This document shows, one piece after another, positions 32,998-43,978 of a stretch of 64,000 bases of DNA. Below the pieces are notes generated by a model. The model saw nothing but the letters and a program-made list of their open reading frames with translations, did not search any database and had not been told where the DNA came from. Made by a program: the position numbers and the translations under genes. Positions within the stretch are counted from its first letter, which is position 1, and each line of letters opens with the position of its first letter. Source of the DNA: Candidatus Hydrogenedentota bacterium (GTDB lineage: Bacteria; Hydrogenedentota; Hydrogenedentia; Hydrogenedentales; SLHB01); the NCBI GenBank assembly GCA_963668025.2, contig CAXXTH010000010.1, positions 448,001 to 512,000 of the forward strand. The letters are read 5' to 3'.

Positions 32998-35900
32998 ATG
33001 GCGACGTGGGTGATTGCCCCGATGATTAGTATTATGAAATTCCTGCGCGGAAATGCCTCTGGCGAAGAAGGCCAGACTCCGCTGCATCATGCGGCCAGCG
33101 GGGGGCGCGCCGAAGAGGCCGCCCATCTACTTGCCCGCCGCGCCAATTGCAATGCGCAGGACCGCTCGGGCCGCACGCCTCTTCATCTCGCCGCCGCTCG
33201 AGGCGATGAAAACATAGCCCGCATCCTGCTTGATGCGGGCTCCAATGCGAATGTACAAGACGCCAAAGGCCGCGGCCCCCTTCATGAAGCCACTTTTGGG
33301 GGCCATGGCGAAACCGTACGGCTTCTCCTCGAACGTGGCGCTCTGCCGGATATATGTGATGCAAGCGGGTACACACCTCTCTACGTAGCCGCCAGTTTAG
33401 GCCATCGCGGCATTCTTTCCTTGCTCATCGAAAAAGGCGCCAATGTGAACCGGCGCGACGCCGATGGGTTTACGGCATTGCACGGAGCCGCCGATAAAGG
33501 GTCCGTGGATATTCTCGCGGAGTTATTGGACGCGGGGGCCGACATCGAAAACGCGGACCGGACCGGCATGACCGCGCTGGCCTGGGCGGCACACAGCGGC
33601 CATGGCCCCGCCGTGCGTTTGCTGCTCGAAAAAGGCGCGCAAGCCAGCTCCGTGGACCGGGAAGGCGCTGCTCCGCTCCATCATGCCGCCTCGGAAGGGC
33701 ATCTTGATGTAATCCGTATTTTGTTCGAATATGGTGCTCTTCCAAATGCAGCCATGAAAAATGGCAAAACCGCCCTATTCATCGCCGCATGCAACAGCAA
33801 CGTAGAGGCCGCCGCTTTGTTGCTGGATGCGGGTGCCTCTCCCGATTTGCTCGATGAAAACCATCGTTCTCCGTTATATATGGCCGCCCGAAATGGCCAC
33901 GCCGCCATGGCCCAATTGTTGCTCGAAAAAGGCGCACGTGAAAGCATCGAGGACAAAAATGGATGGAGCCCCCTGTACATCGCCGCTAAAAACGGCCATT
34001 CGCCCTGTGTGGAACTGCTGATCAAGCGGGGTTTCGGCTCCTTGTATACAGCCGCCTCACAGGGCAACCGCGAAGTCCTTGCTTTGTTGCTCGATAAAGG
34101 CATGGACATCAATGTGCGGAGCGAACAAGGATGCACCCCTCTTCATATGGCGGCGTTTGAGGGGCATATGGAGGCTGCGGCGCTTCTACTGGGATTGGGC
34201 GCATCACTAAACGCTGAAGACAATGAAGGACGCCGCCCCCTTCATTTGGCTGCCTTGGCCGGCCGCACCAATATCGTCGCCCTTTTTGAAGAACACAATG
34301 TGGATGTGAACGCCCGCGATCCGCACGGCCGCACGGCTCTTCATAATGCTGCGGCGGAAGGCCATATAGAAGCCGCTGAACTCCTGCTCGAACGGGGTGC
34401 GAATCTCGATGCCCGCGATGAAGAATCGCGCACGCCCCTTCATTACGCCATCGAAGCGGAGCAGCTCGAATTCGCCGGTTTTTTGCTTCAGCGCGGCGCG
34501 GACGCCAACGCCAAGGACCGGCATGGGTGGAGCCCGTTATTTCAGGAAGCATATGCTGGGCGCGCCGCTTCCGTGCGCCTGCTGCTCGAAGGCAAGACGG
34601 ATCCCAATACACGCAACCACGATGCGTGTTCCGCGTTGCATGTCGCCGCCGCCCATGGGCATGACGATGTAGTAAAACTGCTCTTGGACAACGAAGCAGA
34701 CATCGAAATCAAGGATCGCAACGGCCATACTCCCCTGCATATCCAAGCAGAGATTGGAAGCACCGGAATGGCCGCCTTGTTGCTGGAACGGGGCGCTGAT
34801 CCCAATTGCCGCAACAACGAAGGGCATACGCCCCTGCATACCGCAGCCAGCGAAGGGCGCGCCAGCGTGGCCCGGCAGCTTCTCGAATCAGGCGCGGAAG
34901 CTAACGCCCGCGCCACGGATTCCTTCACGCCCCTCCACCTCGCCGCAATGAATGACTCCTTAGAAGCGGCCGCCCTGCTGATTCGTAATCAAGCGGAAAT
35001 GGAGCCGCGCGACGCCAATGGCCGTTCCCCGCTTTTCTTAGCCGCAGCCAATGGGCGCGCGGATATGGCGCGCATGTTGCTCGAGCTTGGAGCCCAGGCC
35101 AATACGAAAGACAGCAATGGCACCTCGCCGCTCCACCTCGCCGCCGCCAGGGGCGATGCCGGTATCGCGGCTATTTTGCTCGAGGCGGGCGCATCCGCCG
35201 ATGACCACGACGAAACCGGGCTGTCGCCGTTGCACCATGCCGCGAACAACGGCCAATTAGAGGTGATGGCCCTCCTGCTTCGTGCAGGTGCGGCTCCGAG
35301 CGCCGTGGACCCCGCCGGGCGCACGCTGCTCTATGCCGCCGCGCGCAGCGGAAATACGGCGGTAGTGGATTTGCTGCTGGCGCAGGGGCTTGATATCAAC
35401 AGGACCGGCCCGCAAGGCGCGACGGCGCTGCTCGACGCCGTAGCGGAAAGCCAGGCTGCCGCTGCGGCCGTGTTGCTGGAAAGAGGCGCGCAAGTAGACG
35501 CCCGCGATGTGGATGGCGCGACGGCCCTCTGCGTGGCGGCCCGGACGGGATGCGATACGCTCGCGTCGTTGCTGCTGGCGCATGGCGCGGACGGCGCCAC
35601 CATGGACCAATCAAAACGTACGCCGCTGCATATCGCGGCGGCGCTGGGGCATGCCGCCGTAGTGCGCGTCCTGCTCGAACACGGTTTTGGCCCGGACTTC
35701 CCAGGCCCGCAGGGCGCTACGCCCTTGCATATCGCCGCCCAAACCGGCGACGCCGCCATCATGGAGTTGCTTCTCGCCGCAGGCGCGGACCCGTATGCGC
35801 ATGATGAGCAGGGCGAAACTCCCCTCCATGCCGCCGCACGCCAAACCCAGCACGAATCCCTGCGCTTGCTGCTCAAGCATGGCGCGGACGCCAACAGGCC

Positions 35901-37084
35901 CGGCGATGATGGGCTGCCGTTCTTTTATGAAATCGCCCAGGAAGGCTTCACGGAAGCAGCGAAGCTGCTGATACGCCTTGGAGCGGATCCGAATATACGC
36001 CTTCCCGATGGCTCCACCTTGCTCGCATACGCCATCCGCCATCAGCAAACCGGCGCGACCCAATTTCTCCTCGAAAACGGCGCGGATCCAAATGAGCCAG
36101 ACGCCGCGGGCTTGTCCCCCTCTGCATCTGGCGGCCATGCAAGGCCTGCGCGAGATTGCCGGGCTCCTAAAACAATATGGCGCTAATCTCCACGCCACCG
36201 GCGGCGCAGGTTATACGCCCCTTCACTTCGCCGCACAGAGCGGCCATTTCGGCGTCGTCGAGATCTTGTGCGCCGATGATTCGGACACCAATGTGCGCAA
36301 CGCCGAAGGGCGGACGCCTCTGCATGAAGCCGTGCGCCGCTGCGACCGGGAAGCCGTGGCCTTCCTTTGCGCCCATGGGGCCGATTTGAACACCCGAAAT
36401 CTGGATGGCGGCACGCCGCTCCATGAAGCGGTTTGCCTGGGCCACGTGGAGCTGGCGGAGCAACTGTGCCGCGCGGGAGCCACGGTGGACGCCCGCGATA
36501 ATACGCAGCGGACGCCTCTCATTGAAGCCGCCAAGCAGAATAATATCGCCATACTCGAAGTGCTATGCGCATATGGGGCCGACGTAAACGCCTGTGACGG
36601 CAATGGCAGGACTCCATTACACGAAGCCGCCCGGGGAGGCTCGCAGTCCAGCGCGCTTTTTCTACTCGAACATGGCGCACACCTGAACGCCGCCGACCGG
36701 AATGGGTGGACCCCGCTGCATATTGCGTCATTCGAAGCCCATATGGATGTCGCCGTTCTCTTCTTATCGCATGGCCCAAATGTAAACGCCATGTCCAGCG
36801 ACAGCCGCACTCCGCTGGCGATAGCCGCGGGCAGAGGCCATATTAAACTCATGCGGCTGCTTCTATCGGCTGGCGCTAAAATAAATATGCATGGCCCCGA
36901 CGGATGGACCGCCCTTCATTGGGCGGCGAAAAATGGCTACGCGCAGGCTGCGCTGTTGCTGCTTGCCAACGGTGCGGACCCAATGGCCCGGGGCTCCGAT
37001 GGATATACGGCGGAAACGCGCGCGGCGAAAGAAGGGCACGAGGGCCTCGCGCGCCAGTTACAAAAATTCCAAGAAACCGCCTAA
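32998..37084 (+). CDS. Large ankyrin-repeat protein (about 40 repeats), split by a +1 frameshift near 36120
   Basis: Continuous G-TPLH-AA/LL-GA repeats in ORFs 32974-36186 and 35978-37084; removing one C from TTGTCCCCCTCTG restores LSPLHLAA. Confidence 0.85.
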
Positions 37085-37125
37085 ATAAACGCAGGCGGAT
37101 GAATGCATGCGCCTTCACAAGGTAT

Positions 37126-37154
37126 TTGCAACCTTGCATGCCTTGCGTTATACT
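37126..37154 (+). promoter_or_regulatory. Putative sigma70 promoter
   Basis: TTGCAA-17 bp-TATACT. Confidence 0.5.
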
Positions 37155-37317
37155 GGCGGCGTGAAGATAGTTCCGGTTTTTCGGAGATGAGTCTTCGGTT
37201 TTTATGCAAGATAGGGGGATGTCTGGCGGGGGAGGGCCTGCCGCCGGGAATGCATCCCAGCGCATTTTTTGGGCCAAGGGGGCCCTCGGGAAGCGGTTCA
37301 TAAGGAGGCTAATCCAC

Positions 37318-38094
37318 ATGAGTACAAGTAAGAACAGCAGTCGCCCCGCGCCGGCCCGTACGGCACTCGAATCCATTGCCGCGGATATTACACAGCGCGT
37401 ACGCGAAACCCGCGAAAAAATCACCGAGTTGGAGAAATCCCGCGCGGCGCTGGCGGCCTTGATTGACAGCCGCATCAAGAATGGCGCTTTGTACGGGGCA
37501 TCATATCCAGCCGAGGCGCGCGAAGTAGACCGCGCGGAGCTTTCCCGGCGCGATAAAGAGCTCGAGGACCTCGTGCAGATGGCGGGCGTGTTGCAGCTCG
37601 AACTTCGCCGCCTCGACCGCGAACTTGCTCTCGTTGGCATGACCGAGCACGTGACGGAACTCGAAAACATCAACACCAAAGTCGGCCCTCTCGGCGTGGA
37701 TCTCATCAAAAGCTGGAATCATATGCTGGAGACCATTGTGGACCTAGTCGAGCTGAATGAAACGCACCAGCGCACCCGCGCCCGGCATAAACAGGATGCG
37801 GAAGACTTTGAACGGGAATACGGCGAGCCGTGCGCCATGCTCCCCGGCGGCACCATTCCGCAAGACGCCGCCCTCGCCATGGATGTCTTCGAGTTCTGGG
37901 ATCATGCCCGCGAAATATTCAAAGGCCTGCCTTCTCCCGATATCACGCGCAAAGCCAGCCTGAATTTGGCTGAATATTCCCTGCTGCGCGTGTATGACGC
38001 GAAACAAAAACAATCGGCGGCCGCCCCTGTCGAGCGCGCAAGCGAGGAAGCGGCGGACATTGCCGCGCCAGCGGAAGCCGTACCAACCGAATAA
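37318..38094 (+). CDS. Hypothetical helical/coiled-coil protein
   Basis: TAAGGAGG RBS, host-like codon usage, no recognised motif. Confidence 0.7.
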   Translation: MSTSKNSSRPAPARTALESIAADITQRVRETREKITELEKSRAALAALIDSRIKNGALYGASYPAEAREVDRAELSRRDKELEDLVQMAGVLQLELRRLDRELALVGMTEHVTELENINTKVGPLGVDLIKSWNHMLETIVDLVELNETHQRTRARHKQDAEDFEREYGEPCAMLPGGTIPQDAALAMDVFEFWDHAREIFKGLPSPDITRKASLNLAEYSLLRVYDAKQKQSAAAPVERASEEAADIAAPAEAVPTE

Positions 38095-38148
38095 CCGTAC
38101 AGATTGCACGCCAGCCTATTCGCTGGGCGCGTAAAAGAATGCTTAAGG

Positions 38149-38185
38149 CTCCGTTCGCGTGGCAGCGCCCGCGAACGGAGTTTTT
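38149..38185 (+). terminator. Intrinsic terminator (intron target)
   Basis: CTCCGTTCGCG / CGCGAACGGAG stem followed by TTTTT. Confidence 0.8.
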
Positions 38186-40079
38186 GTGTGCCAAGCATGG
38201 CGCGGATCTAAGGGGTGTAAGTCCCCTGCAAGCCCTGATGGTGGGAATTGCTAGCCAAGAGCAAGGGCGTCGCCGCGAGGCGGGGTCTGGAGGAAGCAGG
38301 AGGCAAAAGTCGGACTCGACGCACAGAAACCGGATAGAAGGCCGGGGTGGCGGGGCAAGCCAGCAATGGATGGCGACGCCCAATAACCATTCGGACACAC
38401 ACCTTGGTAAATCCGGCGAGGCCCGGCGGAAAGAGGCGCGTCTTACCTTGGGAGACCTGTTCATCTGTCTGGAAGAGCCAGACTAGCGGGATGGCAACAT
38501 GTCGCGAGGGGTGGGCAGGAGTCAGCCGAGGCCATAATACCCGCAAGGGGAAGGGCCGAATCGATCATTCAAGGAGCAGCATTGAACGTCTCGTGGGATA
38601 GGGAGCGGCAGGAAGTAGCAGGTTGCCAGATGGAGTTCCCACTGGAGTCGGCTTGCCACGGCGCAATCGGAGAAGGCGGAACCGAATCGGATGCGTTCGA
38701 GGCGCGGCAACTATCCCCGGCGGCGAACAAGAGGCGAGCCTTGACGCAAGACTTGATGGAACGGGTCGCGAGTCTTGCGAACCTGACGGAAGCGGTACGC
38801 CGGGTGCAACGGAACAAAGGCGCGGCGGGTGCGGACGGCATGAGCGTACGCGACCTGAAGCGTTGGTTTCCGGAACACTGGCGGGGACTGCAAGAGGAAC
38901 TGACGGCAGGGCGCTACCGTCCCCAACCGGTGTTGGGAGTGCAAATCCCCAAGCCGGGCGGGGGGATGCGGCAACTGGGCATTCCGACGGTGGTGGACCG
39001 AGTCGTGCAACAAGCGCTCTTGCAGGCTCTCGAACCGCTTCTAGACCCGGCCTTCTCGGAAAGCAGTTATGGATTTCGTCCAAGGCACAATGCACATCAG
39101 GCGCTGCGGCAAGCCAGCACGTACGTAAGCGAAGGCCGCTGCATTGTTGTGGACATGGACCTGGAAAAATTCTTCGACCGGGTCAACCACGACATCCTGA
39201 TGGCGCGCGTGGCGCGGCACGTGTCAGACAAACGCGTACTCCGACTCATCCGCTGGTTTCTTGAAGTCGGCATGATGCAGAACGGCGTATGCATCGAACG
39301 ATACGAAGGGACCCCGCAAGGCGGTCCTCTATCGCCGCTGCTGGCCAACCTGCTCTTGGACGACCTGGACAAGGAGTTGGAGAAACGAGGGCATCGTTTT
39401 TGCCGCTATGCGGACGACTGCAACATTTACGTGCAGACGATACGCGCGGGAGAACGTGTCCTGACATCGGTCACGCAGTTCCTTGAGGGGAAGCTGAAAC
39501 TACGGGTGAACCGCGAGAAGAGCGCGGTGGCGTTCGTGGGAGAGCGGAAATTTTTGGGTTATCGCTTGCTGGGTGGGGGGCGATTGGGCATCGCGCCCAA
39601 GAGCCTCGACCGGGCGAAAGACCGCATCCGCGACATCACGCGACGCAACCGCGGCGACGCCAAAGTGCGCCAGATGATTGAGGAGCTCAACAGCTTCCTG
39701 AGCGGCTGGATAACCTACTATCGGTTTGCCGAAGCAAAGGGCCATCTGGAACGCCTCGGGGAATGGATGCGGCGCAAACTGCGCTGCGTCATCCTCAAAC
39801 GCCTCAAGCGCACGAAAACCATAGCGGACTTCCTTAGAAAACTAGGCGTGCCGCAATTTCAGGCGTGGATACTCGCAGGGTCCGGGAAGGGCTGGTGGCG
39901 CAAAGCGGGGAGTCCTCCCGCGCAACACGCCATGGACAAACAATGGTTCGCGAAACAAAAACTGATAGACCCGGTTCAACGGTACGAAACGTTCAAAAAT
40001 GACCGAAACCGCCGTGGTACCGAGCAGGTATGCCCGGTGGTGTGAGAGGGGGGGACCGTGAGGAACCCCCCTACTCGAT
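38186..40079 (+). mobile_element. Group II intron, bacterial class C (IIC)
   Basis: 5' end GTGTGCC..GCATGG directly after a terminator; short domain V with CGC triad (AACCGCCGTGGTACCG...CCCGGTGGTGT); domain VI ending CCTACTCGAT; RT ORF without an endonuclease domain. Confidence 0.9.
38630..40045 (+). CDS. ltrA: Group II intron reverse transcriptase/maturase
   Basis: IPKPGGGMRQLGIP, SYGFRP, DLEKFFD, GTPQGGPLSP, RYADD, FLGY, domain X. Start codon uncertain. Confidence 0.95.
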   Translation: MEFPLESACHGAIGEGGTESDAFEARQLSPAANKRRALTQDLMERVASLANLTEAVRRVQRNKGAAGADGMSVRDLKRWFPEHWRGLQEELTAGRYRPQPVLGVQIPKPGGGMRQLGIPTVVDRVVQQALLQALEPLLDPAFSESSYGFRPRHNAHQALRQASTYVSEGRCIVVDMDLEKFFDRVNHDILMARVARHVSDKRVLRLIRWFLEVGMMQNGVCIERYEGTPQGGPLSPLLANLLLDDLDKELEKRGHRFCRYADDCNIYVQTIRAGERVLTSVTQFLEGKLKLRVNREKSAVAFVGERKFLGYRLLGGGRLGIAPKSLDRAKDRIRDITRRNRGDAKVRQMIEELNSFLSGWITYYRFAEAKGHLERLGEWMRRKLRCVILKRLKRTKTIADFLRKLGVPQFQAWILAGSGKGWWRKAGSPPAQHAMDKQWFAKQKLIDPVQRYETFKNDRNRRGTEQVCPVV

Positions 40080-40155
40080 TTCATATGCCCGCATTGCAAC
40101 ACACAGCGCAGCACGGTACCATGAATGAAGCACGCAATTGCGGATGAGAAGGGGT

Positions 40156-42168
40156 ATGGAATCCATGGATACGACACGTTGCAGCCAATGCGGCCATACC
40201 ATCACGGCAGGCCAGATTGCCTGCTCGAAATGCGGCGCGTCCGTTGCCGGCGGCGATGCCCAAGCGGCAGGGCGCTCTCCATCCCCCTCGGAGCCGAACC
40301 TCACCCCTTCTTTTACACTACAGCCCAACCAAGTCCTGGCCAATCGCTACCAAGTCATACGCCTGATCGGCCGGGGCGGGATGGGCGCTATCTATTTGGC
40401 GCATGATCGTGTGTTGAATGAACCGGTGGCCCTCAAAACGCTGCTGCCGCAATTCGCGCGTGAAAAAACCATCGTCGAGCGCTTCTACAATGAAGCGCGC
40501 ATCGCACGGCAGCTTTCCCATCCCAATATCGTGCGGGTGCATGATATTGGCATGGCCAGCCAAATCATGTATCTCTCGATGGAATATGTCGAGGGCAAAT
40601 CCTTGCGGGCGCTCCTCGAACAATCCGGCCGGGGGCTTCCTGCCGCATACGCCATGGAAGTGCTGCGACAGCTCTGCGCGGGCCTCGGCTACGCCCATCG
40701 CTACACGGTCCACCGCGACATCAAGCCCGAAAACGTCATGATCGCCAAAAACGGCGCGGTCAAACTCATGGATTTCGGCATATCGAAGCTTCGGGGAAAC
40801 CCGGGCCTTACCGTGGCCTCCATGGTCATGGGAACGCCGCAATATATGCCACCCGAGCAATTCCGGGATAGCGCCGCCGTGGATGCCCGCGCGGATATCT
40901 ACAGCCTCGGCGTATTGCTTTATGAAATGCTGACCGGCGCGCTGCCTTCTGGCATGGCGAAACCAGCCTCCCAACTCGCGCCGGGCGCGCCACCCGCAAT
41001 TGACGCCATCATAGCCAAATGCCTCGAATTTGAACCGGGCGCACGATACCAGAGCGCTCAAGAATTGGCGGCGGCGCTGGAGGAATCCCGCCAAAACGTG
41101 GAGCCCGTTCACCTAGAAGCCGAAACCTCCCCTCCGCCCGTCCGAAGCTCCGGCCTTCTCCGCCGAATGGCGGGCGCGGCGTTTTTGATTGTACTCTTGG
41201 CTGGAACAGGTTTTGGCTTATGGCGCTTATTAGGCGCTACGCCGCCTGCGGCGGCAACGCAAGGCCAGCAGATGAATGCCGCCCCGAGCGCGCCCGCCGA
41301 ATCCGAGCCATCCAGTACGGATTGGGATTCGCTGGCGGATAAAGCGCAACTATTGGCATCTGCTTCAGCGGGCGCTTCTCCCGATATAGACGCCCTTCTG
41401 AACCGGGCATCGAATTTGCGCGCGTCCTTTCCCGCCCAGGCCTTGCAATGTTATCTGGGCGTGCTGCTTCGTCCCGCGGATGATTCCATGCCCTTCGTCC
41501 CGCCCGGCGTTGCCATGCTCCAAGAAGGAGCCGTCCAATGTGAGATCCCGGTCGATGGCTTTTTTATCACCCGGCGGCTTGTCGGCAATGCTTCCTATGT
41601 AACGTTCGCCCGCCAGATGCCCGGATTATGGCATGTGCCCTCCTATCTCCAAGGAGGAACGCTCGATGCGCTGGCAGGCTCCACACCGGTTGTATCCATC
41701 CCCTTTTATTACGCCCAAGGCTATGCCGCTGGATACGCGCAAGCATACGCGCAGGAATATGCCACGAATTTTAGGGCATGGGATGAACCCGTCCGCCGCC
41801 GTGGATTCGAGCTCCCTTCCGAAGCCCAGTGGGTTCTTGCCCTACAGGCCCAGCGCGAGGGCGTCTTGCAGCAGGTGGACATCGCCAGAGGAGAAATCGG
41901 CGAATGGACGCGAACGGTCTACGGCTCCTTGCCATACGGGCCCGCCGATGGGCGGGAAGACATCATCCGCTCCGATTTCGGTGCGCCCATGGTCGTCCGT
42001 GGTGTTGGGGCGGCCCCAGCCGAGGCGGCGTTTTCCCGCCTTTCGATGCCTTTCCAATCCACTTCCCCCCGTGTTGGTTTCCGATACATCAAATCCCTTC
42101 CGAATACGCCCCAAACGGTCCTCCGCATCCTTAACACCTTGCAGGACAGGAACAAAGCTTCCCGCTAA
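40156..42168 (+). CDS. Ser/Thr protein kinase with N-terminal Zn ribbon, TM and FGE/SUMF1-like extracytoplasmic domain
   Basis: CSQC/CSKC; GRGGMG, VALK, HRDIKPEN, DFG, GTPQYMPPE; C-terminal LPSEAQW, EW and VGFR motifs. Confidence 0.88.
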   Translation: MESMDTTRCSQCGHTITAGQIACSKCGASVAGGDAQAAGRSPSPSEPNLTPSFTLQPNQVLANRYQVIRLIGRGGMGAIYLAHDRVLNEPVALKTLLPQFAREKTIVERFYNEARIARQLSHPNIVRVHDIGMASQIMYLSMEYVEGKSLRALLEQSGRGLPAAYAMEVLRQLCAGLGYAHRYTVHRDIKPENVMIAKNGAVKLMDFGISKLRGNPGLTVASMVMGTPQYMPPEQFRDSAAVDARADIYSLGVLLYEMLTGALPSGMAKPASQLAPGAPPAIDAIIAKCLEFEPGARYQSAQELAAALEESRQNVEPVHLEAETSPPPVRSSGLLRRMAGAAFLIVLLAGTGFGLWRLLGATPPAAATQGQQMNAAPSAPAESEPSSTDWDSLADKAQLLASASAGASPDIDALLNRASNLRASFPAQALQCYLGVLLRPADDSMPFVPPGVAMLQEGAVQCEIPVDGFFITRRLVGNASYVTFARQMPGLWHVPSYLQGGTLDALAGSTPVVSIPFYYAQGYAAGYAQAYAQEYATNFRAWDEPVRRRGFELPSEAQWVLALQAQREGVLQQVDIARGEIGEWTRTVYGSLPYGPADGREDIIRSDFGAPMVVRGVGAAPAEAAFSRLSMPFQSTSPRVGFRYIKSLPNTPQTVLRILNTLQDRNKASR

Positions 42169-42310
42169 GCCCTCTCGGAAAGGTTCCGTCTGGCGCGAAA
42201 TGTAAAGAAATTTCGCTTGTATTTGACAGGGTGAAGGTCTTGAACTTAAAATTCATATAGCGGTGGTTGATGCCGCCATATGCGGCCGGCGCCTGGCGCC
42301 AGAGGTTATT

Positions 42311-42727
42311 ATGAAAGTTGTCCAGTGTCCTCACTGCGGAAGCTCCCGCTTGGTCACTTCCCCCGTTCCCAAGGACGTGGTGGTTGTTTTGCCGTGCCCA
42401 GACTGCCATGAATATGTCGTCATGTATCGCAATAAGGTCGTTGCCCTCAACCGGGCGATTCTTGACCAAGGATCGCGCGAGGAGCGTAAAGCGCATATTG
42501 CCGATATCGTGGAAGTCTTTTTGCCCCGTGGCATCTTTTCCGAATCCATGGAAGAAGCCGGTAATGACCATGACTCCGCCGAGGACACGGATGAGGAGCT
42601 CGATGAGGAAGAATCCGGGCTGGATTCTATCGAAGATCCTATCACCCAAGACGAATTCGACGAGTTTGTCCATATCCAGCTTCATAAAATCGATGACCCC
42701 GCATACTTCAAGAAATATTTCGGATGA
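42311..42727 (+). CDS. Hypothetical Zn-ribbon protein with acidic tail
   Basis: CPHC..CPDC; D/E-rich C-terminal half; GAGG RBS. Confidence 0.7.
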   Translation: MKVVQCPHCGSSRLVTSPVPKDVVVVLPCPDCHEYVVMYRNKVVALNRAILDQGSREERKAHIADIVEVFLPRGIFSESMEEAGNDHDSAEDTDEELDEEESGLDSIEDPITQDEFDEFVHIQLHKIDDPAYFKKYFG

Positions 42728-42882
42728 GTGCCTGGCGGAAATAAACACGCGCTAAAGCCGCAAGCCATTGCAACACATGCGCTATTAAGAGAGAAGCTGG
42801 AAGGTGTTTCGTAGGGGGGGAGAGACAGGTTGTTTTTACCCAGTAAGATAGTTCCAGCCGCGCTAAACCGATAGGGGACAAT

Positions 42883-43746
42883 ATGAAAGGGATCATCTTG
42901 GCGGGCGGCGCGGGAACTCGCCTGCATCCGCTCACGCGCGCCGTCAGCAAGCAGCTCCTTCCCATCTATGATAAGCCCATGGTGTATTACCCGCTCAGCA
43001 CGTTGATGCTGGCGGGCATTCGAGACATTTTACTGATCTCGACGCCGGTGGATCTGCCCATGTTCGAACGCCTGCTGGGCGATGGCTCACGCCTCGGCAT
43101 GTCGTTCCGCTATGCGGAACAGCCTGCGCCCGAAGGGCTTGCGCAAGCGTTTCTCATCGGGGCCGAATTCGTGGGAAATGAGCCCGTGGCGCTCGTGCTG
43201 GGCGATAACATCTTTTATGGCCATGGCATGACCGAGATTTTGCGCACGGGCGCATCCATTCAAGATGGCGCCATGGTGTTCGGTTATTATGTAAACGACC
43301 CGCAGCGGTATGGCGTCATCGAATTCAATGAAAACGGCGTCGCCGTCAGCCTGGAAGAAAAACCCGCCACGCCGAAAAGCTCATTCGCGGTTCCGGGACT
43401 GTATTTTTATGGGCCTGATGTAGTGGATTACGCCAAAAGGCTGAAACCCAGCGCGCGCGGCGAACTCGAGATCACCGATTTGAACCGTATGTATCTCGAA
43501 CAGGGGCGTTTGCACGTGGAGGTGCTCGGGCGGGGGATTGCGTGGCTGGACACCGGCACCAACCGCAGCTTAATGGAGGCGGGCCAATTCGTGCAGGCCG
43601 TCGAGGAGCGGCAAGGGCTTAAAATCGCCTGCCTGGAAGAGATTGCCTGGCGGCAAGGATGGATCTCGCCAGAGCAAATCGCCCTCGAGGCGGAATGCAT
43701 GGGCAAAAGCGCTTATGCCAGCTACTTAAAGCGCTTGCTGGCGTAA
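42883..43746 (+). CDS. rfbA: Glucose-1-phosphate thymidylyltransferase
   Basis: [41 protein letters not shown]. Confidence 0.96.
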   Translation: MKGIILAGGAGTRLHPLTRAVSKQLLPIYDKPMVYYPLSTLMLAGIRDILLISTPVDLPMFERLLGDGSRLGMSFRYAEQPAPEGLAQAFLIGAEFVGNEPVALVLGDNIFYGHGMTEILRTGASIQDGAMVFGYYVNDPQRYGVIEFNENGVAVSLEEKPATPKSSFAVPGLYFYGPDVVDYAKRLKPSARGELEITDLNRMYLEQGRLHVEVLGRGIAWLDTGTNRSLMEAGQFVQAVEERQGLKIACLEEIAWRQGWISPEQIALEAECMGKSAYASYLKRLLA

Positions 43747-43978
43747 AGGGGCCGCCTGAAAATAGCGCCGCTTCCCTGTGTCCTGCCCTTTAAATGATGT
43801 ATTTCAAAGGGAAAGAGCAAGCGGATTGAAAAAAGCGCTTAACTATTGCCGCTTCATCCGGTGAATATCGTATAATCATCTTTTACGCCTGCGTGAATTC
43901 TCGCCAATGCAGCCGTATTTTGCTTCATTTGGCGTCTTGAAGTACGAACCACGACCATACAAAAGCGGAAGGTATCAA

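Noticed and set aside
36110-36125. Programmed frameshift or phase variation in the ankyrin gene
   Set aside because: Only a C5 run with no slippery heptamer; it matches the insertion-error pattern seen at 49-50 kb.
37182-37200. Fluoride riboswitch (GGAGATG start)
   Set aside because: The pseudoknot partner and downstream consensus are absent, and the gene is not fluoride-related.
38582-40045. RT as retron, DGR or CRISPR-associated RT
   Set aside because: It has group II intron ends, domains V/VI and a maturase domain; no TR/VR pair, msr-msd or cas genes were seen.
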